Below the pieces are notes generated by a model that saw nothing but the letters and a program-made list of their open reading frames with translations, had not been told where the DNA came from and searched no databases. Position numbers and translations under genes: made by a program. 64,000 nucleotides of DNA from Candidatus Latescibacterota bacterium (GTDB taxonomy: Bacteria; Latescibacterota; UBA2968; UBA8231): assembly GCA_965223905.1 (NCBI GenBank), contig CBDCXV010000010.1, forward strand, positions 480,001-544,000, in the 5' to 3' direction. This document shows, in pieces, positions 9,187 to 19,187 of the stretch. How positions within the stretch are numbered: the first letter of the stretch is position 1; every line of letters starts with the position of its first letter.

Positions 9187-9948
9187 ATGCCCCTTCTGAC
9201 CGAATCAGACCGCGAGTATTTCCGCCGGCACGGCTTCGTCCTGCTGCACGACCTCGTTTCGGCCGCCGAAATCCAGCGGTTCCTCGACCTCTTTCACGAA
9301 GACCGGAAGCGGGCGCCGCTGCGCTGGGCGCGGCGCGGTTCCCAGACCATGAACTGCGACGCCCTGTGCACGACACCCGAGTTCGACGAAATCGTCCGCC
9401 ACCCGCTGATCCTGCAGGCCGTCGGCGAGCTGATGGGCGGGCCGGTCTGCTTCAGCGAGCTCTGCATCCGCCACATGGAGCCCGCCGACAGCCCGGGCAG
9501 CGGGGGCTGGCACCGCGACCGGGGCCACTACCCCGAGCACCCGTTGCGCATGGACTACATCCAGCTCATGCTCTACCTGACCGACGTCGACGAGACCACC
9601 CACTGCTTCTCGCTTTCCCCGGAATCGGTCGACGAGCCGATTTTCGAAGAGGCCGGAAAGCAGCTCGAGCGCGGCGGCGGCTTCGATGTCCACGGCCCCG
9701 CAGGCACCGTCTGCCTCTTCAACGTGGCGGTCCTGCACCGGGCCACGGTCCGCAAGACCGACAAGGAGCGCATCAGCATCCAGGTCTACTACGGCCACCG
9801 CGACCGCCCCTACCTCGCCGACGACTCGCTCATCCCGCCGCTGTTCTTCATCAACCACCCCGACCCGGAGGTGCGCGCCTTCTACGGCAACCTCAACGGC
9901 ATCACCCGGATGTACATGCGCGCCTTCGGAATCGAGGAGCCCGGCTGA
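9187..9948 (+). CDS. Phytanoyl-CoA dioxygenase (PhyH) family Fe(II)/2OG dioxygenase
   Basis: FRRHGFVLL N-terminus and WHRD...LHRA facial triad; ggag RBS before ATG 9187. Confidence 0.88.
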   Translation: MPLLTESDREYFRRHGFVLLHDLVSAAEIQRFLDLFHEDRKRAPLRWARRGSQTMNCDALCTTPEFDEIVRHPLILQAVGELMGGPVCFSELCIRHMEPADSPGSGGWHRDRGHYPEHPLRMDYIQLMLYLTDVDETTHCFSLSPESVDEPIFEEAGKQLERGGGFDVHGPAGTVCLFNVAVLHRATVRKTDKERISIQVYYGHRDRPYLADDSLIPPLFFINHPDPEVRAFYGNLNGITRMYMRAFGIEEPG

Positions 9949-10027
9949 AGCCCGGTTGCCGGCCGCCCTCGCGCGATCCATCCGGGCCCGGCCGGAATCC
10001 CCGCCATTTCCAAGAGACAGGAACAGG

Positions 10028-10852
10028 ATGCCCGAACACCCGACCTTCACCCCCGACCGCAAGCAGGAGGCCCTCGACTTCTTCGCCGCCTGGAACTACG
10101 TCGTCGTCCGCGACGCCCTGCCGCCGGGCAACATCGACACCCTCACCCGGTTCGTCGACCGCTCCGAGCGGGAGATCGCCTCCGAGTGGGGGCCCGACAG
10201 GCTCGGCTGCCGCTCGCACGCGCAGATCCTCGTTCACCACCCCGAGCTCGACGGGCACGTGCGCCCGCCGCTGGCCTGGGGCCTCGTCGACGCCATCCTG
10301 GGGCCGGACACCCGCTTCGCCCAGTTCGACTTCCGCGACCTGTGGGACGGGGCCGCCGCCGGGCCGATGCGCTGGCACAGGGACCGCTCCTACCGGCCGC
10401 GCGCCGCAGACGATCCCAATCCCCGCTGGGACTGCAGCTACGTCTGCGCCATCCACTACCTGACCGACGTCGGCGAGGAACAGCCCTGCTTCGCAGTGGT
10501 ACCCAACTCGCAGCGTTGTGGGAGTTTCGATGAAGCGAGGGAGGAGCTGGGGGAGGACTTCCGCATCGTGCCGGTGCGCGGGCCCGCAGGCACCGTCGTG
10601 CTCTACAACATCGGCATCCTGCACACCCGCGTTAACGGCGCCGGCCGCCGCCTGACGCAGCACAACTACTTCAGCCGCGAGCAGAGCCCGCCGCTGACCG
10701 ACTGGGTGATGCTGCCCCGGCGCCTGACCGAGCACCCGGACCCGGAGGTGCGCACCTTCTACAACCAGTGGACGGAAGCGACCCGGGCGTTCGCCGCGGC
10801 AGGATACCCGGACGAGTACTACTACGCCAACGTCATGGACAAGCCGACGTAG
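10028..10852 (+). CDS. PhyH family dioxygenase
   Basis: WHRD...GPAGTVVLYNIGILHTR. Shares a HPDPEVRxFY C-terminal motif with the preceding gene (tandem paralogs). Confidence 0.88.
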   Translation: MPEHPTFTPDRKQEALDFFAAWNYVVVRDALPPGNIDTLTRFVDRSEREIASEWGPDRLGCRSHAQILVHHPELDGHVRPPLAWGLVDAILGPDTRFAQFDFRDLWDGAAAGPMRWHRDRSYRPRAADDPNPRWDCSYVCAIHYLTDVGEEQPCFAVVPNSQRCGSFDEAREELGEDFRIVPVRGPAGTVVLYNIGILHTRVNGAGRRLTQHNYFSREQSPPLTDWVMLPRRLTEHPDPEVRTFYNQWTEATRAFAAAGYPDEYYYANVMDKPT

Positions 10853-10868
10853 CAGCCGCTGGAGAGGC

Positions 10869-11762
10869 TCAGCCCCTGTCGGGGAACCGCAGGATCCGCT
10901 TGGCCGCGCCCCCCATGACGGAGTCGTGCTCCTCGTCGCCGACGTCGGGGACCAGCTCCCTCAGCAACCTCACCATTTTGTCGTACCCCGGCTCGACGCA
11001 GATCCAGGGGAAATCGCTGGCCCACATCAGCCGCCCCGGAAACGTCCGCAGCAGCAAGCGGGCGTTGTCGGCGAAGTCGCGCCAGGGCCACGGTTCCTTG
11101 CTGAAGGCGTAGTGCCCGGAGAACATCATCGACACGTTCTCGAACCGCGACAGGCGGTAGACGTTGTGCCACAGGAAGTACAGGTTGGGGTTCTCGACGT
11201 GGGGGCGCCCGTGCCCGTCCCAGGAAAAGCTGCCGCTGCCGGGGCTGACGCCGAGGTGGTTGAACACCACCCGCACCTGGGGGAACGCCTCGATCAGGTA
11301 GCCCGCCCCGTAGATGTCGGCGTGCCCGAGGTAGAGCCACATCACGTAGTCGCGCTCGGCGGCGTGCTTCCAGATCCGGTAGGTCCCGTAGTCGCGCAGA
11401 TCCATCGGGGTCAGGGGGTCGCGCGGCCCCCCGAGGCCGCCGAGGCGGAAGCCGATGAACTGCCTGTCGCCGGCGACCCGGTCCATGTGCTCCTCCGGCT
11501 TGTCGCAGTCGGCGGGGATCAGCCCGATCCCCCGGAAACGGTCGGAGTACGTGTCGATGCAATGGCGGACGTAGTTGTGGTGCTCCGGCTCGGCGCCCCC
11601 CATCTGCGTCAGCACCGCCTGGTCGATGCCGTTCGCCTCCATCTCGCCGAGCAGCTTCTCCGCGGTCTCCTCGCGGTCCGCGGGGTATACCTCCGACACC
11701 TCGCGCGGAAACTGCGCGGACTGTTTCGCGAACACGTGCAGGTGGCAGTCGATCCTCACCAT
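10869..11762 (-). CDS. Amidohydrolase family protein (Amidohydro_2)
   Basis: IDCHLHVF metal-binding motif, VFNHLG and LMWASDFP. Confidence 0.88.
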   Translation of the reverse strand: MVRIDCHLHVFAKQSAQFPREVSEVYPADREETAEKLLGEMEANGIDQAVLTQMGGAEPEHHNYVRHCIDTYSDRFRGIGLIPADCDKPEEHMDRVAGDRQFIGFRLGGLGGPRDPLTPMDLRDYGTYRIWKHAAERDYVMWLYLGHADIYGAGYLIEAFPQVRVVFNHLGVSPGSGSFSWDGHGRPHVENPNLYFLWHNVYRLSRFENVSMMFSGHYAFSKEPWPWRDFADNARLLLRTFPGRLMWASDFPWICVEPGYDKMVRLLRELVPDVGDEEHDSVMGGAAKRILRFPDRG

Positions 11763-11772
11763 CTCTTCCTCC

Positions 11773-12489
11773 TCATTCCAGTCCGAAGAGCCGCCGGCGC
11801 TCCGGCGTCTTCAGCTTGCCGGCGAGCCCGGCGAAGGCATCGGAGGCGGCCTGTTCCGCGACGCGCTCGTGGAAGCCCATGATGATCGACTTGCGCGGCT
11901 CGCCGGTGGTGTTGTCCATGGCGGTGTGCAGGCCCCGGTTGTCGAAGAGAACGGCGGTGCCCGCCTTCCCGGTGAAGCAGACGTGCCCCGGCTGGGCGTC
12001 GTTGCGCCCGGGGCGGTACCAGGTTCCCGGGGCGGCGAGGTGGCTTCCAGGCACGTAGGCGAACTCCCCTCCCGCGGCAGGCACGTCGTTGACGTAGAGC
12101 TGCATCTTCACCCTGCGCACCCCGTCGTCGGCCCGGTCGGGGTGCCAGCCGGTATAGCTGACCGGCCAGCAGGGCACGGTGCGCACCTGGGGGTTGCCGG
12201 ACACCACCGGGTCCCCGCCGCAGAACTCCGCCACCAGCGGGAAGTAGCCCGGGTGGTCGGCGAGGTCGATGAAGACGTCGTCCCTGGCGAAGGGATCCGG
12301 CACGTCGTACCAGGTCGGGGACGCCTCCCCGCGCTCGATCGCTTCGACCCATTCCTCCCGGCAGGCGTCGGCCCAGTAGTCGAAGGCGGACTGCAGCCGC
12401 TGCAGCTGCTCGCCGGCGATCGCCCCGTCGACGCGGACGTACCCCTCCTGCTCCCATTGCCTCCGCTGTTCCTCGGTTGCCCCTGCCAT
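11773..12489 (-). CDS. PhyH family dioxygenase
   Basis: WEQEGYV, WHPD, YVPGSH and GTAVLFDNRGLH; probable ATG at 12489. Confidence 0.88.
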   Translation of the reverse strand: MAGATEEQRRQWEQEGYVRVDGAIAGEQLQRLQSAFDYWADACREEWVEAIERGEASPTWYDVPDPFARDDVFIDLADHPGYFPLVAEFCGGDPVVSGNPQVRTVPCWPVSYTGWHPDRADDGVRRVKMQLYVNDVPAAGGEFAYVPGSHLAAPGTWYRPGRNDAQPGHVCFTGKAGTAVLFDNRGLHTAMDNTTGEPRKSIIMGFHERVAEQAASDAFAGLAGKLKTPERRRLFGLE

Positions 12490-12835
12490 TTCCGTGTAAA
12501 TCTCCCTTTCGCTTTGCCGCCCCCGGGTCCCGGACACCCGATCCGGACCTGCTGGGAGGCACCGGATCATCCGGGTTCGTTCGTGAGCTCCTTCACGCTT
12601 CCCAACCCCGGATCCGCTTCCGGTCGGGCCCGAATCGCCCGGCCGCGGCGAATTCCGGCGGGCCGGAAAACGGGCGGCCGAAGCGGCTGTTTTCGACAGC
12701 GCCGTCGCCCTACCGGGGCGGGAGATATAGGTCTATTTTCCCGGCACCGGCAAGAACGCGCAGCCCTGAAAACCACCGCGCATCCGAAACCGCGCTCCGC
12801 CCGCAACACCCCGCGGCATTCCCCGGACATCCTCG

Positions 12836-13681
12836 ATGGCGATCCGAACCCACGACTGCAAACCGACCCTCAACGACGAGCAGGTCCTCGACTTCTGCCG
12901 CAAGGGATACCTCGTCCTCGAAGCCGTCGTCCCGGAGGACGTCAACAGAAGGTCCTGCGAGCTGATGGACCGCATCGCCCGCGAGCGCCTGCCGCACGAG
13001 ACCATCCTCGAGCAGGACTGGTTCGTCGACGGCGTCCTCCTCGAGCCGGCCGCGGCCGGCGCCGTGCGCTCCCTGCTCGGCCGCAACTTCCGCATCACCA
13101 TGCCGTTCCTGCACAACCACCGCACCGAGGAGGCGGACCCGAAACCCCAGGGCTGGCACCGCGACGGCGGCTCCAAGCACACCCACGAGCTCGACTCCCT
13201 GCAGGTGTTCTACTACCCGCAGGACGTCCCCAGGGAACTGGGACCGACCGACATACTTCCCGGGTCGCACCTCCTCTACGCCGCCAGCCAGTTCATGCAG
13301 CACTACCGCAGCTTGCGCGGCGCCGTTTCCACCGCGGCCGCGGCGGGCAGCATCTTCCTCACCGCCTACAACGTCTGGCACCGCCGCTCGACGTCGACCG
13401 CGTCCGGGCCGCGCAACCTGCTGAAGTACTGGTACGTCCGCACCTGCCCGCCGCGGCGCGACTGGGTCGTGCAGCCCGACTTCCCGCTGATGCACGCCTA
13501 CCACCCGCCCGACGAGTGGTGCGACCACCGCGAGAGCCACCGCGCCCGCGACGACCACGCCGGCATGTTCTTCTGGCTGTGCGGGGAGTACGACAAGTAC
13601 CTCGCCCAACGGAACAACCTGCCGGTCTACTACTACGAGAACGACAGGCCGTGCAACTACTGCGGCGGCGTGGTGAGTTGA
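12836..13681 (+). CDS. PhyH family dioxygenase
   Basis: FCRKGYLVL, WHRDG, LPGSH and AGSIFLTAYNVWH. Confidence 0.88.
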   Translation: MAIRTHDCKPTLNDEQVLDFCRKGYLVLEAVVPEDVNRRSCELMDRIARERLPHETILEQDWFVDGVLLEPAAAGAVRSLLGRNFRITMPFLHNHRTEEADPKPQGWHRDGGSKHTHELDSLQVFYYPQDVPRELGPTDILPGSHLLYAASQFMQHYRSLRGAVSTAAAAGSIFLTAYNVWHRRSTSTASGPRNLLKYWYVRTCPPRRDWVVQPDFPLMHAYHPPDEWCDHRESHRARDDHAGMFFWLCGEYDKYLAQRNNLPVYYYENDRPCNYCGGVVS

Positions 13682-13785
13682 TTCATATCGATTGACCGGC
13701 CTCGCCGGGGCCCTTCGACGGCCATCGGCGAGCGCGAGGCCGGGCTTGCCCGGTCCCCTTTCAGTCCATCACAGGGGAGGAACCC

Positions 13786-15663
13786 TTGGCGACCTTCACG
13801 AGCACGAAACGAACCGAGCCGCCGGTATGGGCGGTCCTCGAACGGCGGCTGATCGACGCCCTGAACCAGGCGGCGCCGGTCTACATCGACAAGTACACGC
13901 GCACCGGCGGCTCCCTCGTCTGGACCGAGCAGTACCCCGGAGACGGGGTCTGGGTCGACGATCTCTACGAGGCCTTCTTCAACTGGCCCCTGCTCCATGC
14001 CCTCGGGGGAAGCGAGTACATCGGCGAGAAGGCGGTCGACCAGTGGAACGCGGTGACCCGCCAGATCACCTACGACTACGGCCGCATCGCCAGGGAGTTC
14101 GTCTGCGACGACGACTGGTTCCACAGCAGCGAGAACTACGTCTACTTCTACGCCATCGGGCTCGCCGACCCGGCCAACGCCGAGATGATGCGCCGGGCGC
14201 GGCGCTTCTCCGGCTTCTACATGGCCGAAGATCCCGAGGTGCCCAACTACGACCCGGAGCACCGCATCATCCGCTCGCCGTTCAGCGGCAGCGCCGGCCC
14301 GATGTTCCACGCCCGCTGGGACGACGTGCAGTACAACATCGAGCACGGCCACGTCAAGCTCTCCCCGACCTTCGAGATCCCTCCCGAGTGGATGGAGCGC
14401 AGGTCGACCCCGGAGGAACGGGAATCGCACCGGAGCGAAGGGGGCGACGCCGGCCTCTGGTTCGAGGACCCGGCCAAGCGGGAGCGAATCCATGCGATGT
14501 TCGACAAGATCGTCATGGAGGGAGACGTGCCGGTGAACCTCGGCGTCGTCGGCCTCGTCGCCCACACCTACACCCTGACCGGCGACGACAAGTACCGCAC
14601 CTGGATCGCCGACTACGTCGAGGCCTGGATGGAGCGGATCGAGCAGAACGGGGGCATCATTCCCGACAACGTCGGCCTCAACGGCCGCATCGGCGAGAAC
14701 CGGCAGGGGCAGTGGTGGGGCGGCTTCTACGGCTGGGCGGCCTCCTCCTCCTACCAGATGATGTTCAACGCCATGACCGTGGCCTCGACCTGCGCCCATC
14801 TCGTCACCGGCGACAAGGGGTACCTCGACCTCGCCCGCTCGCAGTTCGACATGCTCCTCGAGCGCGCCGTCGAAAGGGACGGGCGCGTGCTCATCCCCTA
14901 CCGGCACAACGAGGAGGGCTGGATCGGCCACGCGCCGATGGGCTGCCAGCAGCCGATCCAGCTGTGGTTCGCCTCGCAGGAGGAGCGGGACTGGCAGCGC
15001 CTCGAAACGATCCGCAGGGGGGCGGAAGAGGAGTGGGGCAGCGTGCGCCAGAACGACCCGCGCGGCGCCGACGACCGCGCCTGGACCCGCTACCTCGCCG
15101 GCGACTGCCCCGGTTTCCCCGAGGCCGTGCTGCAGGCCAACTACCGGGAGATGATGCGGCGCATGGACCTGATCGAAAGCGACGACGCCGACCTCACCGA
15201 CCTGTCGCAGACCGACGAGCACCACTGGCTGCAGCGCAACCCGGTGGTCACCGAGGCGCTGCAGCTGCTGACCACCGGCGGCCCCCAGACCAACTACTGG
15301 GGCGGCCTCGCCCGCGGCCGGGTGCGCTACTTCGACCGCGGCAGGCAGCGTCCCGGCCTGCCCGCCGACGTCGCCGCCCTGGTGTCGGGGGTCCGCCCGG
15401 ACGGCGTCGACCTCACCCTGGTCAACCTCAGCCCGCACCGGAGCCGCGAACTCACCGTGCAGGCCGGCGCCTTCGGCGAGCACCGCTTCACCACCGCGGC
15501 CGAGCCCGGGGACCCCGCGGCGGCGGTCCCCGTCAACGGAAGGCATTTCGACGTCGAGCTGCGGCCCGGCACCGAGATCGAGCTGGGCATCGGCATGGAC
15601 CTGCACTGCCACCGGCCGAGCTGCGCCTTTCCCTGGCACGGCGGCTCCATCCCGTTCCGATGA
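13786..15663 (+). CDS. Hypothetical 625 aa protein (possible alpha/alpha-barrel enzyme)
   Basis: Typical GC-rich codon usage; RBS ggggagg before TTG; rich in aromatic and acidic residues; no recognised catalytic motif. Confidence 0.75.
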   Translation: MATFTSTKRTEPPVWAVLERRLIDALNQAAPVYIDKYTRTGGSLVWTEQYPGDGVWVDDLYEAFFNWPLLHALGGSEYIGEKAVDQWNAVTRQITYDYGRIAREFVCDDDWFHSSENYVYFYAIGLADPANAEMMRRARRFSGFYMAEDPEVPNYDPEHRIIRSPFSGSAGPMFHARWDDVQYNIEHGHVKLSPTFEIPPEWMERRSTPEERESHRSEGGDAGLWFEDPAKRERIHAMFDKIVMEGDVPVNLGVVGLVAHTYTLTGDDKYRTWIADYVEAWMERIEQNGGIIPDNVGLNGRIGENRQGQWWGGFYGWAASSSYQMMFNAMTVASTCAHLVTGDKGYLDLARSQFDMLLERAVERDGRVLIPYRHNEEGWIGHAPMGCQQPIQLWFASQEERDWQRLETIRRGAEEEWGSVRQNDPRGADDRAWTRYLAGDCPGFPEAVLQANYREMMRRMDLIESDDADLTDLSQTDEHHWLQRNPVVTEALQLLTTGGPQTNYWGGLARGRVRYFDRGRQRPGLPADVAALVSGVRPDGVDLTLVNLSPHRSRELTVQAGAFGEHRFTTAAEPGDPAAAVPVNGRHFDVELRPGTEIELGIGMDLHCHRPSCAFPWHGGSIPFR

Positions 15664-15789
15664 CGCGTCGCGAACCCGGGGCCCCTGCGAGTTTGCCGCC
15701 ACCTGATCTGCACGGGTGTGGCGCGCGATTGCGGCGCTGCTCAAGGTTTGGGTAGAAACGCTTTCGTTCTTCTACCCTGGAAAATGGGA

Positions 15790-16047
15790 ATGAGCCTGAA
15801 CATCAAAAACGAGGAAACCTGCCGGCTTGCCGCCGAGCCCGCTCAACTGACCGGCGAGACCATGACCGGGGCCATCACCGTGGCGCTGAGGCAACGCCTG
15901 GAACGCGAGAAACGCGAGCGCAACGTCGAGACCCGCCTAAAAGAGCTCCGCGCCATCGCAGAGCGCTGTGCCGACCTGCTGGGCCCGGGCCCCTCTGCCG
16001 TCGAGCATGGCGATCGGCTCTACGACGAGCGTGGATTGCCCAGGTGA
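15790..16047 (+). CDS. vapB: Type II TA antitoxin, VapB (Rv0623-like) family
   Basis: MSLNIKN...TGETMTGAITVAL...LYDERGLPR signature; stop overlaps the toxin start (GTGA). Confidence 0.85.
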   Translation: MSLNIKNEETCRLAAEPAQLTGETMTGAITVALRQRLEREKRERNVETRLKELRAIAERCADLLGPGPSAVEHGDRLYDERGLPR

Positions 16048-16429
16048 TCGTCGAAAGCTCGGGGATTCTCGCCTTGCGGCGCCGCGAACCGGATGCGAAC
16101 CGCTACGAGACGGCGATCGCGTCAGCACTGAATTGCCGCATGTCGGTCGCCAACCTGCTGGAGGTATTCATCGTCGTGGAAAGCCGCGGTGGCGCTGCCG
16201 CCGGGCACGAATGCGATGCGTTTTTCGACAAGGCCGGTATCGAGTGGGTGCCGGTCACACCGGAACATGCCGAGGCTGCGCGGCGCGCCTGGCGGCGCTT
16301 TGGAAAGGGGAACCATCCGGCAGGGCTGAACTTCGGCGACTGCTTCGCCTACGCCCTCGCGCGCACGGCCGGGGAACCGTTGCTGTTCAAGGGGAGGATT
16401 TCACCCGCACCGATATCGAGGCGGCATAA
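16044..16429 (+). pseudogene. vapC: VapC PIN toxin, frameshifted near the 3' end and with first catalytic Asp replaced by Glu
   Basis: GKGNHPAGLNFGDCFAYALA...EPLLFKG, then EDFTRTDIEAA* in another frame (shift in the gggg run ~16391-16394). N-terminus reads MIVESS instead of the usual MIVDxS. Confidence 0.8.
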
Positions 16430-16459
16430 TCGGAGAAATTCCGCCTGTCGTCGTCGCCC

Positions 16460-16510
16460 TCAGGGGTCCTCCACGTCGACGACGGCGCGCGCCTCGGGGG
16501 ACAGTCGTGC
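16460..16510 (-). repeat. Second copy of the last 17 codons (incl. stop) of the PhyH gene at 20591-21364
   Basis: 44/51 nt identical to 20591-20641; encodes ARLSPEARAVVDVEDP* versus ARLSPQARAVVDVDDP*. Confidence 0.85.
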
Positions 16511-16574
16511 TGCAAGGCCAACTACACGGGACCCGACCCGTGCTCCGGGCTCTCCCGGCCCGGAATCCGCCCCC

Positions 16575-18148
16575 TCACATGCCCCACACGGTGATTTCCT
16601 TCTCTCCCGTGCCGTCGCGGCGGAATATCTTGTCGTCCCATGACACCCCGGGGGTGCGGTCGAAGACCACGAGATGCCCCTCCTCAGCGGCGCAGCGATT
16701 CATGTACGCGCCGGTCTGCTCCAGACCCTCGCGCACGGTCTGCTCCAGGCTCCTGTAAAGCAACTTGCATTCGACCACCGCCTTCTGCACCGCTTGACCC
16801 GGCCGGGTGTCCCCGGGCAGCGGCCACAGGATCAGCAGGTCCGTGCGCTTCCGCCCGAGGCCGTACTCGCGCTCGATGCGACCGCCGCTGTTTACGATGC
16901 GCTGCAGGAACGCCTGAAGCAGCAACTGCGGACCGGCCTCCTTGTACTGGAAGCGCTCGACCCAGCGCTCGGAATGTTCGCGGAAGAACGCCTGGAAGGC
17001 GGCCAGCAGGTCGGCGAGGCGCAGGGTGCCGTCCGCATCGACGTACCAGGCCGGGTCTTGGTGGATGGACATCTCCTGGGTGGTCCAGGTCAGATCGCGC
17101 GGGATCACCTCGCGGTAGATCGGGTTGGCGATGCGGACGGGGCTGTCCCGCGCCACCAGGCCGAGGTCATCGGCGGGGATCGACTCGGGGGCGACCCCGC
17201 TCAGCAGCGGCTCGATCACCCGGCGCACCCTCTCCTCCTGCAGCTTGTCGGTAAGTTGATCGAGGTGGGTCTCGCGGCGCAGGATCAACTGCTCGCGGGC
17301 GTCCTGGACGGCCTCGGCGGTCACCTCCCGGCTGCGGTCGCGGCCGGCCTTGTTGCGGAAGCAAGCCTCGTACGCCAGGCGTTCACCAGCCAGGGCTGGC
17401 CACGGGTCAGTGCCCAGATCTCGTTCCGAGCCTCCCCGGCGAACACCTGCCCGGTCTCTTCGGTGTGCTGAGCCAGCAGTTCGCGCACGTCGCCCTCGGT
17501 GAAATCGCCCAGGCGCAGGGATTCGGCGCGGATGTTGAAGGCGCTGCCGCCGGCGACGACGGCGTTCTCGGCGCTGGAGCGGATGCGGTAATCGCGCACG
17601 TCCCGCACCCCGCACAGGATGACGCTCTGCGGAAACCGGCGCGGGCGCTCCGGGTAGCCGGCGCGGAGTTGCCGCAGCACCGCCAGCAGGGTGTCGCCGA
17701 TCAGCGCGTCGATCTCGTCGATCATCAACACCAGCGGCTTGGCGCCGGCCGCGGCCCAGCGGCCCAGCACCTCCTGCAGCACGCCGTGGGGGCCGGCCTC
17801 TTCGCTCACCTCGCGCACGACCTCTCTCAGGCTCCGGTTGCCCAGAATTTGTTCGGCCCTCGAAGCCAACTGACCCAGTATCGCCCGCATCGCCTCGGCC
17901 ATGTCCTCGCGGGCGGACTGGCCGATCTCCACGTTGACGTACACGCAGCGATACCGGCCGCTGCCGTTCAACTCCTCCATCAACGCCAGCAGCGCCGAGG
18001 TCTTGCCCGTCTGCCGGGGCGCGTGCAGCACGAAGTACTGCTTGCGCTCGATCAGCAGCAGCACCTCGTCGAGATCAAGCCGCTGCAATGGGTGGACGTG
18101 GTAGTGATCCGCCGGGATGATGGGGCCGGCCGTGTTGAAGAAACGCAT
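16575..18148 (-). CDS. AAA-like ATPase with a putative C-terminal PD-(D/E)xK-like domain; one frameshift
   Basis: MRFFNTAGP start, Walker A HAPRQTGKT, Walker B LMIDEID, GQPWLVNA|LAYE with one C missing at ~17379, C-terminal IEREYGLGRKRTD...VECK. Confidence 0.8.
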
Positions 18149-18345
18149 GGGCCTGTCATGGAACCGGGATCGCGCCTGCTCCCCGGCCTCGTATGTCAGC
18201 GATCTGTTGGTCACCAGCTTTGCCTCCTTTATCCGGGACCGCCCAAAGCAACGGCGATCACTTCGGGGGTCGAGGTCATGGAGGGGATCTCCGGGGTTGG
18301 GCCGGCCTCATTGCCGGACCTCTCAATATCCGACTTGCGCGGGAC

Positions 18346-18447
18346 CTGCTGAGATTTTGCGACCGCGTGGACGCAGGGGGGCCGCGAACCCTCGGGGTCA
18401 TCACCGGTTGCGGCTACAGCTACCTCCGTGAGGGTGTAGTCGCCTAC
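18346..18447 (+). pseudogene. Remnant of the C-terminus of an AAA_14/DUF4143-type ATP-binding protein
   Basis: LLRFCDRVD...LGVITGCGYSYLREGV resembles the typical C-terminal tail of this family; no start codon or upstream domain. Confidence 0.45.
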
Positions 18448-18828
18448 CGATCGCCGCGCTGGGCCCATCACAAAAGCTCCTGCGCCACGCACCAGAGCCT
18501 CTTTCCCTCGCACCCTTGCAGCCCAAGGAGATCTGCCGTATATCAGGGCTGCTGTCGGCCCCGACAAAGGAGAGCCGGCCCATGCTCCGCAGCAAAAAGC
18601 CCCCCAGTTCCGCTCCATCGTTCGGCGCGAACCGCCTTCGCAAGCGCGGCCGCAAACCACCACCACACCCCGGTCAAGAGTCACCCGGCGCCATCGTCAT
18701 CACCCCGCGCCGCAGCACGCACCATCGCCCATCCCGGCGCCGCGGACGGCACAGACGCAGCTACGGTCTCCTGGAGCCGTACCGTGAGGATTGCGGTTCA
18801 GGGATCGAGGAAAAAAAAGAAGTCGCCC

Positions 18829-19045
18829 ATGACTACGCGCATTTTTTCAGTAGAATATCAGGCAATCGTGCGCGCAGGCTTGCGCGCGATAATTGGAGGG
18901 CAAACGCGACATCGAGGTCGTCGGCGAGTCCGGATACGGCCGCACGGCGGTCGACATGGTCCGCGCCAGTCTGCCTGATGGGGTGGTCGTCGGCGTCGCC
19001 CTGCCGGAATTGAACGGCATCGAGACAGCGCGCCAGATCCCACGC
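18829..19045 (+). pseudogene. Decayed NarL/LuxR-type response regulator receiver domain
   Basis: MTTRIFSVEYQAIVRAGLRAII / EGKRDIEVVGE...GRTAVDMVRASLPDGVVVGVALPELNGIETARQI split across frames; phosphoacceptor Asp lost. Confidence 0.7.
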
Positions 19046-19187
19046 AGAGGCCCCCGGCGTAACGGTGGTGGCCCTTGTCGCTGAAAAAGATCCTGATACC
19101 CGTCACCGGTGGGAACAAAATTGCAGAAAAATCGCGATAAGCCGGTTTTTCGACCGTGACAAACATGCAAGAAAGAGATCATAAAGT

